Source: Phototrophicaceae bacterium
GTDB lineage: Bacteria > Chloroflexota > Anaerolineae > Aggregatilineales > Phototrophicaceae
DNA length: 64,000 nucleotides
Assembly (NCBI GenBank): GCA_965205875.1
Contig: CBDBIA010000004.1
Span: forward strand, 2,682,830 to 2,746,829
Direction of reading: 5' to 3'
Shown: positions 52,788 through 61,822 of the stretch, piece after piece
Layout: the number at the start of each line of letters is the position of its first letter
Numbering within the stretch: the first letter of the stretch is position 1
Notes under the pieces: model-generated
The model's database searches: none
Told to the model about the DNA's origin: nothing
The model's input: only the letters and a program-made list of their open reading frames with translations
Program-made: the position numbers and the translations under genes

Positions 52788-54262
52788 GGGCTGATGCGCC
52801 GCGTCAGCGTGAGCGTGAAGCCGCCGGCGGTATTGGTCGCGCCCTCGTCGCCGCTGTAGCGCGTGGCCCGCACGAGGTAGATGCCGTCGGCCGGCAGCGT
52901 GAAGTCGCCGATGCGCGCGTTGCGCCCTGGGCCGGTGTCGTCGTCGCTGACGAGCAGGATCTGCTCCGCGTCCAGCAGGTAGAGCACGGAGTCAAGGTTG
53001 CCGCTGCTGCGATCCATGGTGATGGTGACGACGTCGCCGGCCCCGCCCGCGAAGGCAAAGAAACGCGCGGGCGTGTCGTCGTTGATGCGCGCCTGCTGCG
53101 GGCGGTCCGGACTGATCACTTGCGTATCCGGTGGCAGGTCTTCGAGGACGAGGGCGGGCAGCAGTAGCTCAAGGCGGTAGCGGCCGCTCGATGTGCCCGC
53201 AGCGCCCTCGAAGCGCGTGGCGAGGATGGTGTATACGCCGTCCCCGGGCAGGACGAAGTCCTCGATCAGGGCGTTTTTCCCGCCAGCGCTGTCGTCGTCG
53301 CTGATCAGCTCGCGGGACCGGCTGTCGCTCAGCACCAGCAGCGGATCGAGCGAGCCGCCGGCCCGCTCCATGCGGATGCTGACCAGCTCCTCCGCCGCGC
53401 CCGCAAACTGGTAGTAGCGCAAATGCTGTTCGTCATTCAGATCGCCGCGCCCGCTGATGCCCGATTTCAGCGGGATGGCGGTGCCCGGCGTGTTGCCGAG
53501 GCCGCTGAAATCGGCCTCGTTCAGGGAAAGCACGAAGTTGCCGCTGCTGGTGCCGGCCGCCTGGCCATAGCGCGAGGCAAGGATCTGGTATTCGCCGTCG
53601 GCCTCGACCAGATGCTCGCTGATGCGGCTGTCGCGCGGCGCCGGCCCGTCGAGGGCGTCGTCATTGGTGGCCAGCACGCGCCCCTCGCTGTCTTGCAGCT
53701 GCAGCCAGGGGTCGAGATCGCCGGAAGCGCGGCGCAAACGCAGGCTGATAACGTCGCCGCGACGGGAGTGGAAGCTGTAGCGGACAACCGGCGTCTCTTG
53801 TGAAATGCGATTGATGACCTGGTCGCCGTAGCGCAGCACGCTGCCGGCGTTGGAACTGACGCCGATCTGTACCAGGCTCAGGCGGTAGCTGCCGGAGGTC
53901 GTGCCCAGCGCCTGCCCCAGGCGCGCCACCACGACGCTGTAGCGCGCGCTGGCGGGCAGGCTCAGCGGCGCCAGCTGTGGCACCAGGCTCCCGGCGCTGT
54001 CGTCAGCAGCGGCCAGCGCTTCGCCGCCGGCATCCAGCAAGAGCAGCACAGGATCGAGATTGCCGGAGAGGACCTCCAGCTGCAGCTCGATGACCTGGCC
54101 GCGCAGGCCGTCAAAGACCCAGGTCGCGCGCGGCCGCCGGTCGTTCAGCGTCCCGTCCACCGTCGCGCCGACGGTGAGCACGTTGTTGCTTTGCGCCTGA
54201 AAGGGGATCGCGCTCAACAGCAGCAGCAGTGCGGGCAACAGGAGACGGGCAAGCGGTCGCAA
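52784..54262 (-). CDS. secreted protein made of four tandem PPC (pre-peptidase C-terminal)-like repeats
   Basis: Signal peptide MRPLARLLLPALLLLLSAIPFQAQ. Four ~115-aa repeats each contain ...G(N/D)LDP.L.L.D..G..LA..DD... and end in TSSG.Y.L.L (GSYRLSL, GNFVLSL, GRYRLEL, GGFTLTL). No catalytic domain. Confidence 0.65.
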   Translation of the reverse strand: MRPLARLLLPALLLLLSAIPFQAQSNNVLTVGATVDGTLNDRRPRATWVFDGLRGQVIELQLEVLSGNLDPVLLLLDAGGEALAAADDSAGSLVPQLAPLSLPASARYSVVVARLGQALGTTSGSYRLSLVQIGVSSNAGSVLRYGDQVINRISQETPVVRYSFHSRRGDVISLRLRRASGDLDPWLQLQDSEGRVLATNDDALDGPAPRDSRISEHLVEADGEYQILASRYGQAAGTSSGNFVLSLNEADFSGLGNTPGTAIPLKSGISGRGDLNDEQHLRYYQFAGAAEELVSIRMERAGGSLDPLLVLSDSRSRELISDDDSAGGKNALIEDFVLPGDGVYTILATRFEGAAGTSSGRYRLELLLPALVLEDLPPDTQVISPDRPQQARINDDTPARFFAFAGGAGDVVTITMDRSSGNLDSVLYLLDAEQILLVSDDDTGPGRNARIGDFTLPADGIYLVRATRYSGDEGATNTAGGFTLTLTRRISP

Positions 54263-54279
54263 GGGCCGTCAGCCGCGCT

Positions 54280-55389
54280 TCAGTTGCCGCGCCGGTCAAG
54301 CCAGACGGGCAAATCGAGCGCCTGCGCGATGTGCAGGGCAACGGCCTGGGTGTTTGTGCTGTAGCTGTGCGACTCGAGTACGCTCACGCCCTGGGCTGCG
54401 TCGCCCTCCGCCCCGGCGATCGAATGGGGCTGCGCGCTCTGCAGCAAATGTTGAAACTGGTTGCTGCTCAGGTGCAGGTTCAGCTCGGCGTACTGCAGGC
54501 CATCCCCGCGCCGGCGCCGTTTGCGCTGCAGCTCCGACACGTAGATCGACTGGATCTGCTCCATGCGCCTGATCCAGAGCACTGCGGCGCCGCGCCGGGC
54601 GCGGATCTGTCGCTGATAGTTATCGAAAATGAACAGGTCAGGTGCATTGCGCCGAAGAACAAGGTTGCGCGCGATGAGCAACACGAGTACCAGCGCGGAG
54701 AATGCGGCCAGCAATGGCAAAAAGGCCGGCCCGGGCATCGCGATGCCGCTGAAGTGACTGGCGACGATGAGGAAGACATAGACCGCGGCCCACAACGTGT
54801 ACCACAGGATGCGCCGCGTCATGGCGCGGGCCGCCTTCGGGTCGCGCACCAGTTGCAACATGCCGGTCGTGCCGATTTCAAGCGACCAGGTATCGCTGAA
54901 GGCCAACGGCAAATGCGGCAGGGGACGCTCCGGCGGCGACGGCGCTTCCTCGAAGATCGGCTCGCGCACCTGCGGCACCGGCGCTTGCGGCGCAATCAAC
55001 TGGAAGGGCCGCCCGGTCAGCGCAGCCAGGGTCTGGCCGGCGCGCTCGGCCAACTCAAGAAAGTCGCTCTGGTCCGGGTCTGGCCAGGAGACCAGTTCAC
55101 ACCAGCGACTGTCGCGCAGCGCAGCCAGCTGCGGCGTCAGCAGCAGACCCAGATGCCAGGCCTGGTCGCTCTCCGACCAGCCAAGCACGATCCGCTCGAT
55201 GTGGCCGATCGCCAGCGCGCCGCTGGCGGGCAGATGACGCGACCAGGCGAAGGCCTCCGAATAGCGCAGCATGGCGTCGGGCCCGGCGCAGAGCAATTCA
55301 TGAGAGCCGCGCAGGTCGCTGTGCAGCAGGCGCCAGGCTTCCGGCGCCAGCTCGACAAACAGGTTTTCGGCGGCAGGGACTGTGTCCAT
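54280..55389 (-). CDS. hypothetical membrane protein (soluble N-domain, 2 TM, basic C-domain)
   Basis: 369 aa. TM pair ILWYTLWAAVYVFLIVASHF / FLPLLAAFSALVLVLLIA. No family recognised. Confidence 0.55.
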   Translation of the reverse strand: MDTVPAAENLFVELAPEAWRLLHSDLRGSHELLCAGPDAMLRYSEAFAWSRHLPASGALAIGHIERIVLGWSESDQAWHLGLLLTPQLAALRDSRWCELVSWPDPDQSDFLELAERAGQTLAALTGRPFQLIAPQAPVPQVREPIFEEAPSPPERPLPHLPLAFSDTWSLEIGTTGMLQLVRDPKAARAMTRRILWYTLWAAVYVFLIVASHFSGIAMPGPAFLPLLAAFSALVLVLLIARNLVLRRNAPDLFIFDNYQRQIRARRGAAVLWIRRMEQIQSIYVSELQRKRRRRGDGLQYAELNLHLSSNQFQHLLQSAQPHSIAGAEGDAAQGVSVLESHSYSTNTQAVALHIAQALDLPVWLDRRGN

Positions 55390-55434
55390 GGACCCTCGTT
55401 CAGTTCCGCCGGGGATTGTAGCACGGCGTACGCA

Positions 55435-58149
55435 TCATTCGTAGCGCAACACGTTTTGCGCGCTTTCGTTGATGGCCACGCGCGCGCTAAGCACCGTCGC
55501 CAGGGCGCCGATGGCGACGGCGGCGATGACCAGCGCGATGGCGACCGGCGTCGCGTCGGCGGGGATGAGGATGGTCGCCTGGATGCCGAAGCGGCTCATG
55601 ATGGCCACACCCAGGGCGCTCAGGCCGAGGCCCAGCAGGCCGCCCAGCAGGCTGATGAGCACATTTTCGAGCAACATGATGCCGAGTACGCGGCGCCCCT
55701 TGAGCCCGACCGCCTTGAGGATGCCGATCTGGCGCCGGCGCTCCAGCGTGGCGAGCGCGACGGTGTTGGCCATGATCACGGCTGCAGCGCCCAGCGACAG
55801 CAAGCCCACCAGCGTGGGCAGCGCGCTGAACTGGTCGATGAAGCGGCCGATGAGGCCATCGATGAAGCTGATGTCGATAGCGAAGACCAGTGGCAGGGCG
55901 GAGAGGCTGAGCAGTGCGGCATCGAGGTGCTCGGTCTCAATTTCGGCCAGGGTGAACTGAATGGCCGGATCGCCGCCGCCGGTCAACACACCAGGCGGCG
56001 CGACCGCCTCGCCGGCGCTGAAACTGGCGGAGGTCTGCACGCCGACGATTTCAAACTCATACTGCGCGTCGTCAATTTCCAGCGTGAGCATTGCGCCGAG
56101 AGGCGCGCCCAGCTCTTGCAAGTCTTCCTCCAGCACAATCAACACAGGCTGGCCGATGTCATCCATATTTAGCGGTCGGCCGGCGACGATGCGCGCGTTG
56201 CCGCCGAGGTTGCTGCCCGTTGTGTCGCGCACCGAGATGTCGAGAGTGTAGTCCGGCAGCTGGTCCAGTTGCTGGCCAAGCTCGGCCGTGCGGCCGAAGT
56301 TGCCGTCGCGCGAAGCCTCGCGCATCTCCTCGCGCAACTGGCGCGACTGGTTGATGATTTCTTCACTGGCGACTGGCGCGCCGTCGATAGCAATGACCTC
56401 GCTGCGGTAGCTGAGGACGCGCGTGCGCGAACTGACGCCGTCCAGGGAGTCGAGACGCCCGTCGATGAGCGGATTGGCGAGGAGCGCCGGCACGGGCGTG
56501 AAGATGATGACGTTGCCGCCAAGCGTGTCGCTGAGCGTGGTTTGCAGAATCTGGCGCGTGCCGGCGCCGAAAAAGGTGATGCTGCTCAGGGCGAACATGC
56601 CGGCGCTGAGGGCCAGCAGGGTGGTCGCCGTGCGCGCCCGTCCGGAGCGCAGGTTGCGCAGCGCCAGGCGCAGGTCAACGAAGCCGAAGGCCGGAATGCG
56701 CCCGACGACCCACACCAGCAGCCAGAGCAGGCCGATGAGAACGCCGAGCAGCAACACGGTTAGCGCGGTGCCAATGATGCCGGCGAGCGTGTTCGCCAGG
56801 ATCTGGCCGGCGATGAGCCCCAGCGCCAACACGACCAGCAGCAGCGCCAGCAGCGAGTGCAGCAGGCCGGTGCGCGGCAGAATGGTCTCGTTGGGGCGCA
56901 GGATGATGCCAGGGCGCACGCGCACGGCGGTCAGCACCGGCAGCACGCCGAAGACCGCGGCAACAATCAGGCCGATGACGACGCCGAAGAGCAGGGCCTC
57001 GGGTTGCAGGCGCCAGCCGAGCGGCTGCTGGATGAGGGCCTCGCCGTAACTGTTGGCGAGGCGGCCCAGAAAGATGCCCAGCAGGGCGCCCAGCGCGCTG
57101 CCCGCCATACCCATCAGCAGCGCTTCGGCCATGAAGAGGATTGCGACCTGGCGCCCGTGCAGGCCGAAGGTCTTGAGCGCGGCGATCTCCAGCGTGCGGC
57201 GACGCACCATCACCAGCATGGTGTTGACAATGCCCACGCCGCCGATCAGCATCGCGCCGAGCCCCATGACCACGATGAACTGGCCGGTCAGGTCAGCGAT
57301 GAGCTGATTCTCGGCACGCAGGTTGGGCACGGTCGTGTACCTGAAGCTGCGCCCCAGCAGCCGACGCAGGCCGTCGGTCAGCGTATCCGACTGTTCCTGC
57401 GTGTCTGGCGCCTGCTCCGGCGGGAGCAGAATACTGACGCGGTTGGGGCCTTCGTCGAGCGAGAGCTTTTCCGCGCTGGCGAGATCGAAGTAGGCGAAGC
57501 CGAAGAAGGCGGCGAAGGGGTTGCGCAGGCCAGCCTCATATTCGGTGGCGACGATGCCGCGCACCGTGAATTCTTCCTCCGTGCCGCTGACGCGCACCTG
57601 GTCGCCGGGCGCGATGCCCAGCGATTCTGCCAGATTCTGGCTCACGACGAGTTCGTTGCCACCCGTGAACAGGCTGGCGAGGGGCGCCTGCGGCGGCTCC
57701 AGCGCGACCACCTCGTGCGAGAGCGGCCAGCTGGCCGTATCGACGAAGAGCGAGGTGATGAACTGTGGCCGGCCGGCAGAGTCGCTGCCGGGCAGGGCGA
57801 TCTGTATGGTGGGGCTGGAAAGCCAGGCGCTCCACGCGCCGTCACGCTCGCTCACCCAGTCGTCGAGCAGGGCGAGGGTTGCCTCGTCCAGTTGCCTGTC
57901 CGCGTTGTCGCTGCCGCTTCCCTGGCCACCAAAGGCGAAGCTGAAGCCCGCGCTCTCGCCAGCGACGATGATGGTGATGTCGCCGTGGTTGCTGGCGCGC
58001 AGATTGCTGGTTAGCGAGTCGCCGATGGCGAGGCCGAGGCTGCGCAAGGCAACGATGCTGGCCACGCCCGCGGCGATCGAGAACACGGCGAAGAGCGACC
58101 AGCGCCGGTTGCGCCAGAAGTTGCGCAGCGCGTACTGCAAATAAAACAT
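55435..58149 (-). CDS. FtsX/MacB-type ABC permease, duplicated (10-TM, two FtsX modules)
   Basis: ATG 58149 (MFYLQYALRNFWRNRRWSLFAVFSIAAG), 904 aa. Two repeats of TM + large extracytoplasmic domain + 3 TM, with the ...EIAALKTFG... and ...QIGILKAVG... FtsX hallmarks. Confidence 0.8.
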   Translation of the reverse strand: MFYLQYALRNFWRNRRWSLFAVFSIAAGVASIVALRSLGLAIGDSLTSNLRASNHGDITIIVAGESAGFSFAFGGQGSGSDNADRQLDEATLALLDDWVSERDGAWSAWLSSPTIQIALPGSDSAGRPQFITSLFVDTASWPLSHEVVALEPPQAPLASLFTGGNELVVSQNLAESLGIAPGDQVRVSGTEEEFTVRGIVATEYEAGLRNPFAAFFGFAYFDLASAEKLSLDEGPNRVSILLPPEQAPDTQEQSDTLTDGLRRLLGRSFRYTTVPNLRAENQLIADLTGQFIVVMGLGAMLIGGVGIVNTMLVMVRRRTLEIAALKTFGLHGRQVAILFMAEALLMGMAGSALGALLGIFLGRLANSYGEALIQQPLGWRLQPEALLFGVVIGLIVAAVFGVLPVLTAVRVRPGIILRPNETILPRTGLLHSLLALLLVVLALGLIAGQILANTLAGIIGTALTVLLLGVLIGLLWLLVWVVGRIPAFGFVDLRLALRNLRSGRARTATTLLALSAGMFALSSITFFGAGTRQILQTTLSDTLGGNVIIFTPVPALLANPLIDGRLDSLDGVSSRTRVLSYRSEVIAIDGAPVASEEIINQSRQLREEMREASRDGNFGRTAELGQQLDQLPDYTLDISVRDTTGSNLGGNARIVAGRPLNMDDIGQPVLIVLEEDLQELGAPLGAMLTLEIDDAQYEFEIVGVQTSASFSAGEAVAPPGVLTGGGDPAIQFTLAEIETEHLDAALLSLSALPLVFAIDISFIDGLIGRFIDQFSALPTLVGLLSLGAAAVIMANTVALATLERRRQIGILKAVGLKGRRVLGIMLLENVLISLLGGLLGLGLSALGVAIMSRFGIQATILIPADATPVAIALVIAAVAIGALATVLSARVAINESAQNVLRYE

Positions 58150-58198
58150 GCATGCTCCTGTCAACTGTGCCCTGCGCTTCAGTTTAGCGCAGGCGGAC

Positions 58199-60874
58199 CT
58201 ATTCGTAGCGTAGCACCTGAACGACCGGTTCATTGACGGCGCTGCGCGCGCCCGCCAGGGTCGCCAGCCAGGCGATCAGCAGGACGGCCAGCAACAGCAG
58301 CAGCATGAGCGGGAGCGCCTCCAGCGGCAGGGGCAGTGGCACGCCAGTGCCCAGCGCTGTCAGCAGTGACTGGCTGGCTGCGGCCAGCGCGATACCCGGC
58401 CCGGCGCCCAGCAGGCCCAGCAGCAGATTCTCCAGCAACATGATGCGCAGCACGCGCTCGCGGCGCAGGCCGAGCGCGCGCAGCACGCCGGTCTGACGGC
58501 GCCGCTCCAGCGTGGCGAGCGTGACCGTGTTGCCCATGATGACTGCGGCCGCGGCCAGCGACAGCAAGCCGACGGCAGTTGGCAGCGCGCTCATCTGCTC
58601 GATCAGACGCGCGACGAGATCATCGAGGAAGGTCACGTCGACGGCCAGCAGCAGCGGCATTACGCTGAGGCGCCCCAGCACCTTGTCCACCTGTTCGGGC
58701 GCGACGTCGAGCATGTTGAAGCGCGCCACGCTGTCGTTCAGGTCGAGCAGGCCGGCTGGCAGAAAGACGGCGCCGACGCCGGGCAGCATGGCGTTGCTGC
58801 TGCTGCTGACGATGCCGATCACTTCCAGTTCGAGCGTCTGGCCAGCGACGCGCAAACGCAGCCAGCTGCCCGGCCCGATGTCCAGCGCCTCCAGCGAACC
58901 AGCGCCCAGGGCGCGCTCCAGCGGCGAGCCGCGGGCCAGCACGGCCACCGGCTGACCGGCGTCTGCGGGCGTCAGATCCCGGCCGACGATGAGCGTGCCG
59001 CTACGCAAGTCAGGCTTTTGCGTCTCGCGCACGATGAGCGGCAGGCGCGGCTCCGTGCTCGCCCCGGCGAGCGCCTGGTCATCGACGGCCTGCAGCCGCG
59101 CGAGGAAGGCGCCGGTCTGCGTGTTGTGGCGCACCTCTTCCTGCAGGTCGGGCAGCAGGTCGAGCAGAGCCTGGCCAACGCCTTGCTGCACCAGCGGCAC
59201 GACCAGTACGTTGCCGCCCAGCGACTCCGCGAAGCGAAAGCGCAGCACCTGGCGCGCCCCCAGGCCGAGGAAGCTGACGATGCTGAGCGCGAAGACCCCA
59301 ATGCCCAGGGCCAGCAGGGTGACGGCGCTGCGCAGGCGACGCGCCCCCAGGTTGGCCAGGGCGAGGCGCATCTCGATGCTGGCGCCGGGGGGCAGGCGGC
59401 CCACCAGCCAGAGCAGCAGCCACAACACAGCCGTCAGCGCGCCAAGCGTCGCCAGCACGGCGGCGACGAAGGCGACGCCGGCGAGCGTGGCGTCCGGGGC
59501 CCTGCCGGCCAGACTCCGCTCGAGCAGGGGTTTGATGATCTGGCCGGTGATGGCTCCCGCCACCAGCAGCAACACGCTCAGCGCGAAGGCGAGCTCCGCC
59601 AGGCCGGCGCGCGGGATGTGGGTCTGCGCGGGACGCAGTATGATGGCCGGGCGCACGCGCGCCGCGATGCTGACCGGCAGCACGCCGAAAACCAGGGTGA
59701 CCGCCAGCCCCATGCCGAGCCCAAAGAGCAGCGCCTCCGGATACAGGCGCAAGGTCAGGGGCCGCTGGACCAGGGTTTCGCCGAAGCTGCTGACAGTCAG
59801 GCTGAGCAGGAAGCCAACCACCATGCCCGTCACGCTGCCCGCCAGGCCCAGCAGCAGCGCTTCACTGCCGAAGATGGCCGCGATCTGCATACGCCGCAGC
59901 CCGAAAGTCTTGAGCGCGGCGATTTCCTGCGTGCGGCGGCCGGTGAGCACCAGCATGGTGTTGACGATGCCCACGCCGCCGATGAGCAGCGCCACCAGCC
60001 CGGTCAGCACCACGAAGCGCTCGATGAACTCGGCCAGCGCGGCATTGCGCAGCAACAGGTCCGGCGTCGTGGTCATCGAAAAAATGCCGGCGCGGCTGGC
60101 CCACAGAGCCAGCCCCAGCTCGTGGATCGTCTCCGACGCGCTGCCGTCGGGCAGCAGGATGCTGATCTGGTTGGGCGCGGGACTGAGCTGCAGCTGCAGC
60201 GCCTGGTCGCGGTGAAAATAGGCGAAGCCGAAGAACGCCGCGGCCAGATCGCGGATATTGGCCTCGCTGTGGTCGGGCACGATGCCGCTCACAGTGTAGG
60301 CCTGGTCGCCGCCGGACACCCGCACCGGGTCGCCCACCTGCAGCGCCAGCGCATCGGCCAGCTTGCGGCTGACGACCACCTCGCGTTCGCCAGTCAGCAA
60401 CTGACCCAGCGGCACCTCATCCGGCTCGTCGGCGCGCACCTCGTGGCTGATGGCGAAGGTCTGCGGGTCGATGAAGAAGCTGCTGATGATTCCGGGCCGG
60501 CCGGCAGCGCCAGCGTCGAAGGCGGCCAGCTGCACGTTGTTATAGACGCTGTAATGAGTCAGGCGACCGTCATATTGCGCGACCAGGTCGCTGATGCGCT
60601 CCAGCTCGCCGTCGCTGAAGACGCTGCTCTCCCAGGCGCCCTGATTTACGGTGAAGACGAAGGGGCCGCTGCTGACGCTGCGTACATTGATGTCGCCGCG
60701 ATTGACCTCGCGCAGATTGAGCAGCAGCGCGTCGTTGATGGCGAGCCCCAGGCTGCGCAGGGCGACCATGGCGGCCACGCCCGCGGCCACGCCGAGGATG
60801 GCAAAAATCGTCCAGCGTGCGTTGCCGCGCAGATTCTGCCAGGCGAGGCGCAGGTAAAAACGCGGGCGATGCAT
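58199..60874 (-). CDS. FtsX/MacB-type ABC permease, duplicated (paralogue of the previous gene)
   Basis: ATG 60874 (MHRPRFYLRLAWQNLRGNARWTIFAILG), 891 aa. Same architecture (EIAALKTFG, QTGVLRALG). The track ORF extension to 61021 overlaps the next gene's promoter. Confidence 0.8.
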   Translation of the reverse strand: MHRPRFYLRLAWQNLRGNARWTIFAILGVAAGVAAMVALRSLGLAINDALLLNLREVNRGDINVRSVSSGPFVFTVNQGAWESSVFSDGELERISDLVAQYDGRLTHYSVYNNVQLAAFDAGAAGRPGIISSFFIDPQTFAISHEVRADEPDEVPLGQLLTGEREVVVSRKLADALALQVGDPVRVSGGDQAYTVSGIVPDHSEANIRDLAAAFFGFAYFHRDQALQLQLSPAPNQISILLPDGSASETIHELGLALWASRAGIFSMTTTPDLLLRNAALAEFIERFVVLTGLVALLIGGVGIVNTMLVLTGRRTQEIAALKTFGLRRMQIAAIFGSEALLLGLAGSVTGMVVGFLLSLTVSSFGETLVQRPLTLRLYPEALLFGLGMGLAVTLVFGVLPVSIAARVRPAIILRPAQTHIPRAGLAELAFALSVLLLVAGAITGQIIKPLLERSLAGRAPDATLAGVAFVAAVLATLGALTAVLWLLLWLVGRLPPGASIEMRLALANLGARRLRSAVTLLALGIGVFALSIVSFLGLGARQVLRFRFAESLGGNVLVVPLVQQGVGQALLDLLPDLQEEVRHNTQTGAFLARLQAVDDQALAGASTEPRLPLIVRETQKPDLRSGTLIVGRDLTPADAGQPVAVLARGSPLERALGAGSLEALDIGPGSWLRLRVAGQTLELEVIGIVSSSSNAMLPGVGAVFLPAGLLDLNDSVARFNMLDVAPEQVDKVLGRLSVMPLLLAVDVTFLDDLVARLIEQMSALPTAVGLLSLAAAAVIMGNTVTLATLERRRQTGVLRALGLRRERVLRIMLLENLLLGLLGAGPGIALAAASQSLLTALGTGVPLPLPLEALPLMLLLLLAVLLIAWLATLAGARSAVNEPVVQVLRYE

Positions 60875-61019
60875 CCAGGCTCCGGGACAGTGACTGGCGG
60901 AGAGCTTTACTATACACCAGCGTAGCGCTCGCAATTTTCGGCGCAGACTCTTGAAATCGCTGTGCAGCAGGTATACTCGGCGCAGAGCAGACAAGGCGCA
61001 TTCGCGAAGGACGTAGAAC

Positions 61020-61808
61020 ATGATCTCGCAACAGGACGTGAACTTTTACAATGAAAACGGCTTCCTCCGTATTCCCGCGTTGTTCACGGAGGCCGAGGCG
61101 GATGAACTGGCCGACGAACTGGACCGTCTCGTGCAGGACTGGTCCTTCACCAGTCCAGGCTGGTCCGGGCCCTGGCGCCAGGCCTACATGAACCCGGAGA
61201 TCGAGAAACAGTCGCAGCTCACGGCCATGCACGACCTGCATCTCTATTCCGCCGCCTGGTCCGGGGCGGTGACCAATCCGCGTCTGGCGGCGGCGCTGGC
61301 GGCCCTCATCGGCCCCAATGTCGAGCTGCATCACACCACCATGCACATCAAGCCGCCGCAGACCGGGCATCCCTTCCCGATGCATCAGGATCATCCCTTC
61401 TACGCCCACGAGAACGGCCGCTTCATCGACGTGCTGGTACACCTCGACGACACTTGCCATGAGAATGGCGAAATCCGTTTCCTGAAGGGCTCGCACAAGA
61501 ATGGCGCGCTCAAGCACATCACCATGACCGAAGACGGCCCCTGCACGCCGCATCTGCCCACGGACGAGTGGAAGCTGGAAGACACGGTGCCGGTGCCGGC
61601 CAAACGCGGCGACGTGGTGCTCTTCTGCTATCACACCGTGCACGGCTCCTACATCAACACCACGCGCAATCCGCGGCGCATGGTGCGCATGGGCTATCGC
61701 GACCCGCACAATCGCCAGGCCTATGGTCAAAGCATGGGCCGGGCCGGGCTGATTGTCGCCGGCTATCGCGAGCGGGTTGAAGCCGAGCCGCTGCTCAAGC
61801 AGACCTGA
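61020..61808 (+). CDS. phytanoyl-CoA dioxygenase (PhyH) family Fe(II)/2OG oxygenase
   Basis: 262 aa. FYNENGFLRIPALF N-terminus. HxD...H facial triad candidates (MHQDHPFY ... VHGSYIN). Confidence 0.8.
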   Translation: MISQQDVNFYNENGFLRIPALFTEAEADELADELDRLVQDWSFTSPGWSGPWRQAYMNPEIEKQSQLTAMHDLHLYSAAWSGAVTNPRLAAALAALIGPNVELHHTTMHIKPPQTGHPFPMHQDHPFYAHENGRFIDVLVHLDDTCHENGEIRFLKGSHKNGALKHITMTEDGPCTPHLPTDEWKLEDTVPVPAKRGDVVLFCYHTVHGSYINTTRNPRRMVRMGYRDPHNRQAYGQSMGRAGLIVAGYRERVEAEPLLKQT

Positions 61809-61822
61809 GCGGGCCAGGCAAT

